DNA of 64,000 bases from Eledone cirrhosa (GCA_964016885.1 OZ024741.1:162812001-162876000); one strand, 5' to 3'; positions 50,231 through 64,000 are shown, counted from the first letter of the stretch. The notes: generated by a model not told the origin, from the sequence alone. Program-made: numbers and translations.

Positions 50231-52160
50231 AGCCAACTTCTCCTTAGAGCTATCAATTTTGCTAAAACACTCACAGTGGTTAAGGATTTCGAAGTTGATG
50301 TCATCCTCAAAACCCGTAAGTCGGTGATTAATTTCGACGACTCTATTTGGATTAAAAAATCTAATAGTACCCCCCTTCGACGTGAGTATGGGCGCCAGCG
50401 ATTCTGCGGAGGTTACTGATCTTATCGGCCTTTTCCTTCTTTTCTCTATGAAGGACGAATTTCCCAACGCGGGCGGTGGTTTGTACCGTGATGATGGTCT
50501 TTTGACCATGACTAAGTGCGGCCCACGTGCTTGCGACAGGATCAGAAAAGAACTCACATACTTCTTTAAAGGCTTCAACCTCTCTATACAGGTTGAGGCC
50601 AACCTCTCGGTCGTTAATTACCTCGACGTTACCCTCAATTTATCGAATGGCTTGTATTACCCGTATAGAAAGCCGAATGATACGCTTAATTACATAAGTA
50701 AGCATTCCAACCATCCTGCCAGCATAACCAAGAACCTGGTAAGTAACGTATCTTTGAGGCTTTCCCGTCTATCTACTAACGAGCATATTTTCAACGACCA
50801 TTCCACATATTACAATGAAGCTCTTGCTCGGAGTAGATTTGTCGATAAGGTAGCTTATACAGAGTACGAGAATAGACCTAGAAGAAATAGATCCCGACGC
50901 ATTATATGGTATAACCAACCATATAATATGGAGGTGGCCACACCATTAGCTAAGATATTTCAATCCCTTATTACGAAGCATTTTCCCCCTACACATAAAT
51001 ATAGTAACATTTTTAATAGAAATACTATTAAAATTTCTTACTTTACGACTCCTAGCTTTGCACATAACATCACAGCTTCAAATTTAGCTAAACTACCTAG
51101 CCGTAGGAACATGTGCAACCCTGTAGTTAGTACTAACTGTAATTGTAGGAAAAGGGTTGATTGCCCCCTATCCGGGAAATGCCTCTCTAGTAACATTGTC
51201 TACAAATGTAAGGCCGAAACACTCACGTCCCGTAGGGCCTACATAGGGTTAACCGCCAATAGATTCAAGCAGCGTCTTTACATGCATACCCATTCTTTTC
51301 GTTACCCTCTAAGAAGGAATATCACGTCATTTTCAGCTTATATCTGGAGTCTAAAAGACAACCACACCCAATATAAGTTACACTGGGAGATCCTAGCTAG
51401 GGCTAGATCGTATAACGGAAATAAAAGACCATGTGACCTCTGCGCCGCTGAGGCTCTGGAAATACTCTACGCCACAAACCACATCTTAAACAAGAAATCT
51501 GAGGCAATTTCGGCTTGTAAACATAAATTGCACAAACCTTTCCTGTATTACAACCTCACATTAAACCGTAACGGATAGTACGAACTATACGCGGATATTT
51601 TACGTCTTGATGTGGTAGCTAAGTATATGTTATGTTTATACCATTACTTATTTGCATAGGTAAGTACGTATATTTGATTGTATATGTTATGGCGTATATT
51701 TTTATATATTCTGGTACATATGCTTTTGGTTATGTGTATACGTGAGTTTTGCGTCTGTGTGAGTATGCGGGTTCGTATGTATGTAGGGTGTGTGTATATG
51801 TGTACGTCGTGTTTTGGTTGACATACGTCTCCGAACATATGTGTATTTACATGTAGGTATGTGTGTGCGTTTGTTATATACGTATTTATTTATTTATATA
51901 CGTTTATTTAATTATTTATATACACGCACACACACACGCACACACATTTATATGTGCGCGTATTTGTATACCTATGGTAAGTGTTTTCGTGTATGCTTGT
52001 GTATGAACGTTAATGGATGCGTGTATGTATTTATTTAATTTCAATTACCTCTGTATTTTATTTACTTTATTCTTAACTCTGAAGCGGAGAATCATTCGGT
52101 TTCCTAGTTAGAATTTTAGTCAACGACTTCAGTTATACCATTTACGTGCAATTGTTCTCC
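50231..52160 (+). mobile_element. 5'-truncated Naiad-type Penelope-like element
   Basis: RT and GIY-YIG coding sequence, then a long 3' region; frameshift in the C-run near 50370. Confidence 0.88.
50382..51578 (+). pseudogene. Naiad PLE RT C-terminal half plus GIY-YIG endonuclease
   Basis: MGASDSAEVTDLIG, GLYRDDGL, YLDVTLNL, SNHP; CNCRKRVDCPLSGKC; IVYKC...YIGLT. Confidence 0.9.
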
Positions 52161-52448
52161 ACGCTCCACATATGACGTATTATCTTCGTTTTTTCCGTTC
52201 ATTGCCAGAAAACGTCTCTATGAACCACGTAAGAGAATATTAGTCCACGACTTCTTTTATACCATAAACGTGGTTTTGTCTTTGCGTGTAATTGTTTTTC
52301 ACCGCTCCAAATAATGACGTATTATATTCTTTTTTTCCCGTTCTTTGCCAGGGAACGTTTCCACGAACCAAAGTATCGTCTTCCTGTCTTCCCCCGGTTG
52401 CAACGTTTTTTGAAATATTCACTTCTGCGTTCACAGATTGACTTTGTT

Positions 52449-52499
52449 AGTTTCAGAAGATCCCGTTAAGGGTGAAAGCAGCGATTCTTTGCTTAAACT
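52449..52499 (+). ncRNA. Hammerhead-like motif with CAGAAGA (U4A) core, best-preserved copy
   Basis: agttt-CAGAAGA-t-ccc gttaa ggg-t-GAAA-gca...tgc-TT-aaact. Confidence 0.55.
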
Positions 52500-52605
52500 T
52501 TAATCTGTTATTTTAATAAATATTTGCTCTACGGTTCTTATATATTTGATATATATTTATCCTTATCGAGCCCTCTTTGGATTTTAGTCTTCAAAATTTT
52601 ATTAT

Positions 52606-52654
<49 letters not shown>

Positions 52655-52656
<2 letters not shown>

Positions 52657-53851
52657 AGTATGTATATATGTATACGTACATACATATATGTATACAGACG
52701 TACAGCAGTATGTATATATACACATACATGCACACATATATATATGGACGTATCGGTTTACCAAACATTTATTATAATGTTCGGTTTATTTGTAAACAAA
52801 CAGCCCGAATTACGCCGTACAGTGTTTAGGCAACCACGTCAACTTTTTGTTCAACACTGACACAGGAACGATGTACTAGTTTCAAGCTTATTAGCTATTG
52901 TCAGCATCGTATACCTTCCTGCCAGATGGTTGAACGTCTGAAAGTATATACTTTCCTTATGCATATTAACGGCTGAGCAGCCTAATTTGCATATCGAGTG
53001 GGTTTAGTCGGGGGGGGGGGGGGTGCACCGAAAACGATAAATGGAATAGAATGAAACGAAATTTCATTTCTCACTCTTAGTACGGCAGTTACTTAAATGT
53101 TGTATACCTATGTATACGTACATACATATATGTATACAAACGTACAGTAGTATGTATATATATATATACATACATGCACACATATATATATATGCACGTA
53201 TCGGTTTACCGAACATTTATTATAATGTTCGGTTTGTTTGTAAACAAACAAACAGCCCGAATTACGCCGTACAGTGTTTAGGCAACCACGTCACCTTTTT
53301 GTTCAACACTGACACAGGAACGATGTACTAGTTTCAAGCTTATTAGCTATCGTCAGCATCGTATACCATCCTGCCAGATGGTTGAACGTCTGAAAGTATA
53401 TACTTTCCTAATGCATATTAACGGCTGAGCAGCCTAATTTGCATATCGAGTGAGTTTAGTCAATTAGGCTGCCTAGCCGTTAATATGCATAAGGAAAGTA
53501 TATTCTTTCAGACGTTCAACCATCTGGCAGGAAGGTATACGATGCTGACGATAGCTAATAAGTTTGAAACTAGTACATCGTTCCTGTGTCAGTGTTGAAC
53601 AAAAAGTTGACGTGGTTGCCTAAACACTGTACGGCGTAATTCGGGCTGTTTGTTTACAAATAAACCGAACATTATAAAAAATGTTCGGTAAACCGATACG
53701 TGCATATATATATATGTGTGCATGTATGTATATATATACATACTACTGTATGTCTGTATACATATATGTATGTACGTATACATACATACATACTTACATT
53801 TAAGTAAGTACCGTACTAAGAGTGAGAAATGAAATTTCGTTTCATTCTATT

Positions 53852-53855
<4 letters not shown>
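52655..53855. mobile_element. Tandem plus inverted array of a ~400-450-bp hammerhead-bearing non-coding repeat
   Basis: Direct copies 52655-53010 and 53105-53460; fold-back arms 53041-53440/53462-53855. Confidence 0.8.
53320..53362 (-). ncRNA. Type I hammerhead with canonical core (other copies at 52868-52910 minus and 53539-53581 plus)
   Basis: acgatg-CTGACGA-t-agct aata agct-t-GAAA-ctag-TA-catcgt. Confidence 0.75.
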
Positions 53856-53891
<36 letters not shown>

Positions 53892-54121
53892 TATATACAT
53901 ATACATATAAAGGATAACGATCCCATAACTGGAGTGGGAGAGGCACTATCAAACGGCACTTTCAAACCTGGTGGAGCCCAACGCAGCTGTTTTTTCTATA
54001 CAAAAAAAATCGACCCAGTCCTGGACTGGTACTTATTTATCGACCTCGAAAGGAAGAAAGGCAAAGCTGACCTCAGAGGTGGGACTAATACTGTAAAGCT
54101 TTCTACTATCCGACGTCTAAG

Positions 54122-54218
<97 letters not shown>

Positions 54219-54284
54219 ACACACACGCGCACACACGCACACACACACGCACACGCACACGCACACACACACACACACACACAT

Positions 54285-54738
54285 TGTTGGTTTGTAGTGT
54301 ATGTCAGTTTCAATATTTGTGTCTTTTTTAAGATTAAGATGTCCAGAAATGGGAGTTGATCTTGGCTGTATTCCATTGTGAATTGGATGTGGTTATTGAT
54401 GCGGTTTATTAAAGTTTTGAAATCATTCAGTTGGTCGAGTGTGTGGGCCAAAGAATGAGACAATCATCCAAGTAGCGTTTCCAATTCTTTGATAAATATT
54501 TGTGGAAGTTCAATCCGTATTTTGATTTGGACTGTTCATAAATCTGGACTTCTAAGTATGCCATGACTAAGTTGGCATAAGTTGGAGCGGCTTTTGTACC
54601 CATCGCAGTCCCCGATATTTGCCTGTAAGTACTGCCATCGAAATCAAAAAAATTGTTCTGTAAGATAAATTTTAATCCCTCGGTGATGAAGCTTTTTTCT
54701 ATTCTGTCAGGTATCTCATTGGGATATTTCTCTAGCCA
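54285..54738 (-). pseudogene. PLE reverse transcriptase core (inverted segment, frameshifted)
   Basis: YRQISGTAMGTKAAPTYANL, WKRYLDD, IQFTME, LPFLDI. Confidence 0.9.
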
Positions 54739-55605
54739 ACAGATTACAAACAATACCTGCTATTCGTCTCCAACCATCCAAAGCACACGAAGACGAACAT
54801 TCCTTTTAACCAAGCAAGAACAATTTGCACAATTGTCTCCAATTATGAAACGCGAAATAAAAGACTTCAAGAATTAAAGTAAATTCTACTCGAAAGACAG
54901 TACCCGCCATTACTAATAAATAATGGAATAGAAAGGGCTAAAGTAATAGGCATTGATGAATTACGAAAACAGAAACAAATTCAAGGTATGTTCAATATTC
55001 TATCATATATCTCAACACACAACCCACGAAATGCGGAAGTTTACAACACTATTCACAAGAACATGCCACTACTGAAACAAGACCCAAGAATGAAAAAAGC
55101 CATTGAAACACACAAAATAATCAAAAGCAAAAGACAACCGAAATCACTGAAAACATTACTCACCAATGCCAAATTACCTACCACAAACCCACAACCAACT
55201 GTCAAAAAATGTGGTCGCTCTAATTGTGGAACCTGCACTCACCTCATTGAAGGCAACACATATACATTTAAATCAGGACAAAATTTTGCTGTAAAAAGTC
55301 ACTTCACTTGCTCATCAAAAAATCTACTTTATGCCATTAAATGTAAAGGATGCAATGAAGATTATATAGGACAAACTAAACTTACACTCAGAAATAGAAT
55401 GACAGTTCCTCGCCAACAATTACGAGATCCAACCACGAGACAGATACCACTAAGCGCATATCTAGACATTTCCGCAAGTAATAAGACACCCAAATTCCAA
55501 GTCTTCCCATTTTACCTTTGCGCTGATAATACAACAGAACAAATACGAATAAATAAGGAAAATATGTTTATTCAAAAATATAGACCACCATTAAATATGG
55601 TTTAA
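54736..55605 (+). pseudogene. PLE RT thumb plus GIY-YIG endonuclease (internal stop)
   Basis: PTDYKQYLLFVSNHPKHTKTNIPFNQAR...; NLLYAIKCKGCNEDYIGQT..LRNRM. Confidence 0.88.
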
Positions 55606-56763
55606 TATATATTATGTCAACACCATAACATGCTAACCATCCATACAGACACATACACACACACACATAACACGTTCTACTTTAGAAAATAAAAACCCGA
55701 ACTAAATAAATCTTAACATACGTTTGCGCTGACAATACAACAGAACAAATACGAATAAGTAAGGAAAATATGTTCATTCAAAAATATTCCTACTAACGAA
55801 ATCATCCCCCCCCCACACAAAATATATATTCTCTTCATCTTAACATGCTAACCATACTCCCACACACACATAACACCCATACACACACACACACATAACA
55901 CCCCCACACACACAACTCCCTCCCCATTTCTACTAATAGAATCACTTTCCTACACACACACACACAATATATATATATATTCTCTCCATCTTAACATACT
56001 CCCACATACACATAACACCCATATACACACACACACAACTCCCTCCCCCATTTCTACCAATAGAATCATCTTCCTATACACACATAAACACACACACACA
56101 CAAACACACAAATAAACATACATGTCTACTTTCTTTATTTCAATAGAAAATCTGAACTCTGACACCCCAGCGAACTAGCCATATTCACTGAACCAGAACA
56201 AATCTCCCATCCCATTTCTCTTGACCCTTATCTTTTGCTTGTCATAAAATTCTTTAAATGGCTACAAACGAAATCCCCAAATACGGGCGCGGAACTTGTT
56301 CACGTGACAGTCATAATTTCATTTATAACCAATCAAATTGCATTTAAAAAAAAAACCCTTCGGTAGCCACTTTTTTTATTGTCATAAAATTCTGTAAAAG
56401 GCTACAAAATAAATTCCCAAATACGAGCGCGAAATTTTAATGAACTTGTTCACGTGACAGCGATAATTTCATTTATAACCAATCAAATTACATTTTTTTA
56501 GAAAAAGCCTTCGTGAGCCCCCTTTTTAAGTAAAATGTAATTCAAACACTCATATATGAAAACAACAACCTGAGCCCCCCCCCCCTTGTTTGAAGAACTT
56601 TGTAACGCGAAGTCGCGCGAAATTTATAATACTTATTGACCAACCAATCAAATTACTTCTCTAAAAACCTGGCGTTTCGAGCCACTTTTTTCCATATAAA
56701 ACAAGTAACATTCAAAGACCAACCAGATGTGAGAAAAACCACAGACCCTCTATTTTAACTCTA

Positions 56764-56796
56764 CTTTTGAAAAGCAGAACTGCGAAAGCGGTAAAG
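56764..56796 (+). ncRNA. Minimal hammerhead-like motif with U3-A8 core in the Neptune pseudo-LTR
   Basis: ctt-TTGAAAA-gcag aa ctgc-GAAA-gcgg-TA-aag. Confidence 0.5.
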
Positions 56797-56957
56797 GAAC
56801 CAAATAAATATATATATTTTTAAAAAAATAAGACTCCAGTTGCATTTTCGATTTCATCTTTTTTTCTTTATACTTTCACTCGTGTAGGACACCTCGATTA
56901 TTTTTCATTTTGTAAAAAAAACCTCACTTTCTTATATATATATATATATATATATAT

Positions 56958-57106
56958 TTGGAAGGGCACCAGCCGTAGAAAACCCGCCAGTCAGTTCCGA
57001 GCAAGACAACCAATCTTGCCTCAAGTGGAACAATTCCCGTCCAGACCCATGCTAGCGTGGAAGATGGACGTTAAACGATGATGATGATGATGATGATGAT
57101 GATGAT
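56958..57106 (+). mobile_element. SINE 3' fragment with (GAT)n tail
   Basis: ggaagggcaccagccgtagaaaac...acccatgctagcgtggaagatggacgttaaac(gat)n. Confidence 0.55.
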
Positions 57107-57173
57107 ATATATATATATATGTATGTATAGGTATATGTATATATATATGCATATATATATATATATATGTATA

Positions 57174-57204
<31 letters not shown>

Positions 57205-57292
57205 GTATGGTTAGCTATATGTATATATATGTATATATATATATGTATATATAGGTATATGTATATATATATGTATGTATAGATATATCTAT

Positions 57293-57326
<34 letters not shown>

Positions 57327-57418
57327 ATGTATGTATGGGTATATGTATATATATATATATGTATATGTATATATATATATGTATATGTATATATATATAT
57401 GTGTATATATCTATGTAT

Positions 57419-57467
<49 letters not shown>

Positions 57468-57479
57468 CATGTATATGTA

Positions 57480-57514
<35 letters not shown>

Positions 57515-57540
57515 GATATATATATATATATATATATATA
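57107..57540. repeat. Degenerate (TA)n/(TATG)n microsatellite field
   Basis: Directly visible. Confidence 0.95.
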
Positions 57541-58206
57541 GTATAAAGAAAACGAAAAATCAGTGATGCATCTGGACTTAATTTATTGCGTGTTACAATT
57601 GTTTCGCCGGCAGGTAGCTCGAGACATGGTCCTTGTATGGATCTGGCTGATTCTGCTTCTGCAGGTTCTTTCAGCTACGGGTGTTTCGTCTGGAGCAAAT
57701 TTTATCACTGGGGTGTTATCATAAAAAAACACCCTAAAAAAATCCTACTTCCACCCTTGTCATGCCATTGGTTGTTTTTACTCCAGGTCATCACAAGTTC
57801 TGGTCAGTATTTACTGCCACGCGGGTCATCATTCATTTTCCGTCCGACACATTTCGATGGAGTCATGCTGGATTCAGTATTTCACACGTCTGTTCACACT
57901 TCAGAGTAAGCACCCACACATACTTATATACACACACATACACACACACATGCAGACACATACATATTTATGCATACACACACGTACGCCTACATGCGTA
58001 GACACCCCCACCACACATACATACATAAATGTATATATACACACACACTCTATCCCTCATGGACCCAGTCACACCTACTTGTAGATACATATCGCCATAA
58101 GCCTTATGACGGCTGCTTAATTCGCGCCATGTATCCGGTCGTATAAGCCTACTCAAACATACACCTATATACATACATACGCGCGCACACATACATATGC
58201 CCAACC

Positions 58207-58282
<76 letters not shown>

Positions 58283-58343
58283 TGATACACACACATATAT
58301 ACATACACACATACACAAACATAGATACATATACACACACATG

Positions 58344-58393
<50 letters not shown>

Positions 58394-59007
58394 TACATAA
58401 TACACACATTTATATATATATACTCACACATGCCCACACATGCATACAAAATACATATACGTACACAAACATTACATACACACGTACATACACACACATA
58501 TATATATATATACATATATATATATACACATAAAAATGACAACTTATGCATACGCACAGCCACATATATACATACATATACCTACGCATACGCCGACATA
58601 TATACAACTACATATGCATACGCACACGTGCTACCACATGCATACACCTGCACATATGCACATTTGCCTACACACACATGTGCTTCCACATATACATATA
58701 TAAACAAAACTGTAAATTAAAAGTTAAAAATATATTATACAATAAAAACACACAATAAACCATAAAATAACAGTAAATTACTGTAACATAAAATATACAA
58801 TATAATATAATATACAATATGATATATATATATATCTCCCCATATATATATATATACACATACATACACACACATGTACACAGATTCATACATACATATA
58901 CGGATATATACGGATACATACAAAGGATATGTGATAAATTAATACAACAAGGATAATAGTAATAATAAAAAGCTTATATACTCCATATATAATCATATAA
59001 CAATATA

Positions 59008-60730
59008 TCACCTTGATCACTTTGACCGACCAGTCTGTCGGGCGTCCATTCGGCGCTGCTGGTCACAACACGCCGTCCATTCCTCTCTGGATCGTCCTTT
59101 CCTCATCCATGTAGTCCCAATCGTATTCTTCAAATCGTAACTCCACTCTCGTGGAGGCCTTCCGAGTGGTCGTTTCCGCTCGCGCGGGTACCACTCGGCA
59201 ACTACGCGGGTCCACCGATTATCGGCGAACCGGGCAACGTGTCCAACCCATCAGAACTTGCTGCACATATATTCCGTGATGACGTCCCTCACGCCGGACT
59301 TCTGTCTGATGACTTCGCTCCTGATGTGCTCTCTCAACGAGATTCCTAGCATTGATATCTCCATGGCTCTTTGAGCCGTTACCAGCCTCTGCCCTTCTCT
59401 TTTCGTTGTAGCCCAAGTTTCACTGCCATATAACATTGCAGGTAAAACTGTGCTATTGAAGAGGTTGGCGCGGGTAGTCTTGTCCAACCTCCCCTTGGGC
59501 ACATCCCTTATGCCGTTGAACGCCTTCCACCCGGCCCTTACTCTCTGCGAGATCTCCCTCTCAATGTCTCGGCGCATGTTCACTTCTTGTCCCAGGTAGA
59601 CGTATTCCTCCACCTCCTCTATTTCATCACCGCTAACCACCATTCGACCTGTTGGTACGTTGTCGGACCGCATGAACTTCGTTTTCATGCGGTTCATCTT
59701 GAGGCCTACTGCAGAGCTTTTGATGTCGAGCTCCGTCAGCATGGTCTGAAGTTGATCCGAGGTTTTAGCGATGAGTAGGATGTCAGCGAAACGGAGGTGG
59801 GTAAGTATCTCGCCGTTGATGTTGACACCGCCTTGCCAGTCAATGCCTCTAATGATCTGCTCGAGACACTCCGTTAAAAGTTTTGGAGAGATCGTATCTT
59901 CTTGCTTGACTCCCTTCTCGACTGGTACTCGTACGGGTGATGACAGCAGAGCTATGTCGGTGGTGCATCCGGAACCCGCCTCCCTGAACGTATTACGCCT
60001 CGACTCCTTGCCTTTGCAGCGAGTTCAGCACTGCGTTGATTTCGACGCTGTCGAAGGCCTTCTCGTAGTCTACGAACGCGACGCAAAGAGGCATCTTGTA
60101 CTCTTTTGCTTGCTCAAGCAGTTGTGTCACAGTAAATATGTGGTCCAACGTACTGTAGTTTTTCCGGAAGCCAGCTTGCTCTCTCGGTTGCTGTTCGTCC
60201 AGATGACGTGATAACCTGTTCAGGATTATCTTCGTGAACAGCTTGTACTCGTGAGACAGCAGGCATATGGGCCGATAGTTCTTCAGATCTTCTCTATCGC
60301 CCTTCTTGTATAGCAGGATGGTATTCGACTCTTTCCACTGCGAGGGTATTCTTCCCTCGTCCAGATAGCGTGTGAATCGCTCGGCAAGGATTTTCCAGAG
60401 CTGCTCTCCGCCTAACTTCAAAACCTCCGATGTTATGCCGTCTTTCCCTGGCGCCTTTCCGCTTTTCATCAAGACTACGGCTCTTTCGACCTCACCGATA
60501 AGGATGGAGAAGCTCCCGAAGGCCGCAAAGGAAAAGAAGAGCCTCAAGAAATGCGAGAGGGACATGACAATGTACAGATCGGAGGTGACGACCCTGAAAA
60601 ACAGAGATGGAGTACCGGTCAGTGACAAGAGTGAGGTGGAAAAGGTTTGCGAAGACTTCTACACCAAGCTCTTCAAGTCTGCCGGGAATGTGCAGCCGTT
60701 GCCGTCACTCCAACAGGAAGAAAATAAAAT

Positions 60731-60732
<2 letters not shown>
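59008..60732 (-). mobile_element. RTE-clade LINE, 5'-truncated with 5' inversion
   Basis: Minus: KAPGKDGI, KKGDREDLKNYRPICLL, EQAGFRK, FVDYEKAFDSV, YVYLGQ, LPAMLYGSETW; plus 60501-60732 encodes the upstream linker. Confidence 0.92.
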
Positions 60733-60807
<75 letters not shown>

Positions 60808-61084
60808 ATGGAGAGAATTTCTTAACCTCAAAGCCATGGCTGCGCTTATATAACATCGTTTTGAAATTGGGTAATAAATATCTTGCGAACTTTTAATTTC
60901 ATTCACGATTTGGGATATAAAACACAAAGTCGATCCTGGCAAGAGTTAAGCTGTTTAACACGTATCATTATTACGAAAAAAAGAAGGCATTTATTGATTA
61001 AATTTTGTTTACGTTTTCAATTTCCTTGACGATGAAAATGTCGACTTATTTTGACATATTTTCTGCAAAAGTATATATATATAT

Positions 61085-61189
<105 letters not shown>

Positions 61190-61194
61190 CACAT

Positions 61195-61235
<41 letters not shown>

Positions 61236-61544
61236 GTTATGTAATAAACAACATAAGGCAATTATTCCATTTACCAGTGGTTTCTTAAAAGTTTTTTTCT
61301 GTAGAGTGCTCAACTAATCGGGCTGGAAAGTGCCAATCGTATATGTAATATAGAATACTGGAAAGTGCCAATCGGCATATATAATAAATATGTGTGTGTG
61401 TGAATGTGTTTGTTTGTGTATTATGTATACGGTATACATTTGAATTCGCAATAACCATGACGAGGAGGCATCATATTCACTTTAGCATCATTCACGTGTG
61501 CAAGCTTACACTCACACACACGCGTGCGCGCACACACACACACG

Positions 61545-61641
<97 letters not shown>

Positions 61642-62352
61642 TCACTCACTTAACAGAAATAAAGCAAATGCTTATCATAAAACGCATTTGCATATAACGT
61701 TTTTTTTTATTTTCTTAACCTTTTAAACTTTTTAAACATCCTTTTTTTTTCTTTTTAGATTAACTTATAATTAACGATTTCTATATTAAGTCTTCCCTGA
61801 GAAAGAAGTACATAGTATACAATTAAATACTACTGAAATGTCTATGAAAAATCCTGTGATAAAATGTGCATGAACATCAGTGAAGAAAATTATACTCTTA
61901 TCATATCTGTTTCACGTTTAACATTTTCGATTAAGCTAAAATAATAGAGGCTCAGTAAAATCCAATGTTTCAAACTTTGATATTTTCTTTTCTTCAACAA
62001 AGCTATTATTAGGAAGATTTTAATTAGCGAAGCGTTATAACTCGGTGCTGTTAAAATCAACTGAAGCTCGATGTAAAATCTCTGACAAGACAATTATTCA
62101 AACTTTTGACTATGAATTCTTTATTACATTTTCACACATATCAGATTCAAGAAGCTTTAAGATATTATGGTCAGGTGAAATTTATATAAAACATGGTGTC
62201 TATAAATGATTTTTAATGTCATTAATGCGTTTTAAACAACTGCCTTTTTATGATCTGTTCTTTTAAACTAGGATAAATTCTTCTAAACTAAAGTAAATTC
62301 TTCTAAACCATAAATTAATGCTTATAATGAATAATTGTTAATTCTATTCCTC

Positions 62353-62448
<96 letters not shown>

Positions 62449-62539
62449 ATCTCTCCTGTCGTATGTCGACGTATGAGGGTTCAAAAGTCTTTCTAGTTAA
62501 TATTTTTCATGGTTATAACTTAAATGGTACTTGTCTAGC

Positions 62540-63100
62540 TTCTACCGATTTACACATCCGACCATATTTAGTGCAGCTGGCAGGATTTTGATCACCATAT
62601 TTGAAAATTTTAGGAGATTTATTCGATGACACTTGCTTTATAGCGGCTTGTACTTCATTCAAGCTTGGTTTGAATGCTAATTCGGGCATCTCCAGCCTTT
62701 GTCGAATAGACATCACATTTTCATCAATGTTTGACTCAGTATTTAGCACTTTGTTCCTTTCCTCGAGAGTGTATCAACTTAGACTGTGTACGATCAAAGG
62801 ATAGAACTGGATTTGAACCTCTCTTCCACGAACCATATATCGCCTCTAGATCATTATAAAAGACCCTGGAGTCCTTTTTATCGACAGTTACATGTAGATC
62901 TGCTGCTTTAGTAGCCCATTATGCATCCCTCAGTTTTCTAAGTCCGGATTGCCCCTGCTGCTTACAGTCTTTATAGGCTTTCCTTTTAGTTGTTGAGTTT
63001 TTATCTCCAATCCTAATCCTGTGTAGTTTATGGATCTAACTGATAAGTTTCTGGACACCTGACTTGCTTTCATGAAACCAGTCCTGATATTTTCTCAAAG
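62540..63100 (-). pseudogene. Degraded RTE-like LINE fragment
   Basis: LNTESNID...PSLNEVQAAIKQVSSNKSP..IFKYG resembles the RTE pre-RT region. Confidence 0.55.
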
Positions 63101-64000
63101 GAAATCCTAAGATTTTTACGGAATCCTTGGATCTGAGATGCATCCATCTTATCTTATAGTTGGCAGGTTGTTGAAAAAAATCTAACAGAGATGCTATGAT
63201 TAAATTCTTTGCAGAGTGATAGAAACCATTTTAAAATGCTGGATCGTGTAACAAAAAAATAAATCTTTCTGTTGGTATGATGTGTGTGATGAAACAAACA
63301 GCACAGATAGAAGGATGAAAGAAGACAAATGAAATAAAATAACGGGATAGTGGACACCAAGCTCTAGTGTCTGTCCTAAATACAAAGCTAATTACAGCTA
63401 GGATAGTCTCAATTAAATCGGGCGAAACCACTTTGCTGGTTTGAGAGTTGATGCGGGTGGAGATGTGTGTGTGTATCTGTATGTGTGTGTGCGTGTGTGT
63501 GTGCGTGCGAACTTGACTTGTATATCACATTGCTTTATTTCCTTCTTCCAGTCACTTCTATGTACCAACACACTTCTCCTTGTCCTCCTCCTCTTTCAAT
63601 CTTTTCTATATTTCATCTGCCTGTGACCCACCTCGGGAATAGTCTATCTGCCGATCACTGAATACTGGTCTCAGTCCTCTGAGGCATTTTTGGCCATGGC
63701 AGCCATTGACAGAAGTATGTGGTAGGGATGGCGTGGGGGAAAGTTTGGAGATAATTGATATAAAGAGGGGGATTGGGAGAGTGTTTTGTGTGTTAGATAT
63801 AGGGAGGGGTAGAATTTTGTGGTTGTAGATATAGAAAAAGGATAATGGGAGAGTGCTGTTCAGTAGACATAGAGAGGTTCGCAAATACTAGGAACGGTGG
63901 GAATAAGGGTGGAGGGCTTTGGGAATTCGTAACTGTAGAGTTGACGTAAATATGGGATTTCTTGTACTGTTCTTTTTTGTTGTATATAATCTTTTTTTAA

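Larger units (their letters stand above)
54285..56930 (+). mobile_element. Neptune-type PLE with an inverted 5' segment
   Basis: Minus 54738-54285 encodes the RT core; plus from 54736 encodes thumb, CGRSNCGTC linker and GIY-YIG; the 3' pseudo-LTR carries a hammerhead. Confidence 0.85.

Noticed and set aside
50382-51578. Selenocysteine-encoding Naiad
   Set aside because: Conserved Cys positions here and at 14882-15320 use TGT/TGC; no in-frame TGA seen at those positions
57585-57610. Hammerhead 3' half (GAAA-caattg-TA, minus strand)
   Set aside because: No matching CUGANGA and stem I found
63620-64000. Possible minus-strand PLE remnant
   Set aside because: No convincing motif within the window

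Overview
AT-rich, microsatellite-dense eukaryotic DNA with no recognisable host gene. The SINE, microsatellite and transposon spectrum suggests a cephalopod (octopus-like) genome; this is an inference. Almost all of the window is mobile-element derived. (1) An apparently intact two-ORF Tx1-clade LINE (3625-9417) plus two diverged 5'-truncated relatives, stacked head-to-tail in one (CTAT)n microsatellite. (2) Three RTE-derived non-autonomous elements stacked in (ATGT)n. (3) Penelope-like elements (PLEs): three Naiad-type, one Neptune-type, and many pseudo-LTR fragments, often as fold-back palindromes in (TA)n. (4) RTE and R4/Dong fragments, a mariner deletion derivative, a hAT MITE, Helitrons and about 15 tRNA-SINE copies. 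The most striking hidden signal, found by manual folding only, is roughly 25 type I hammerhead-ribozyme-like motifs from about 12 sequence families. Two families carry a compensatory U3-A8 core (UUGAGAA, UUGAAAA) and one carries a consistent U4A core (CAGAWGA). One locus has tandem ribozymes 452 nt apart. Most short ORFs in the track are microsatellite or antisense artefacts. Coordinates of degraded elements are approximate.
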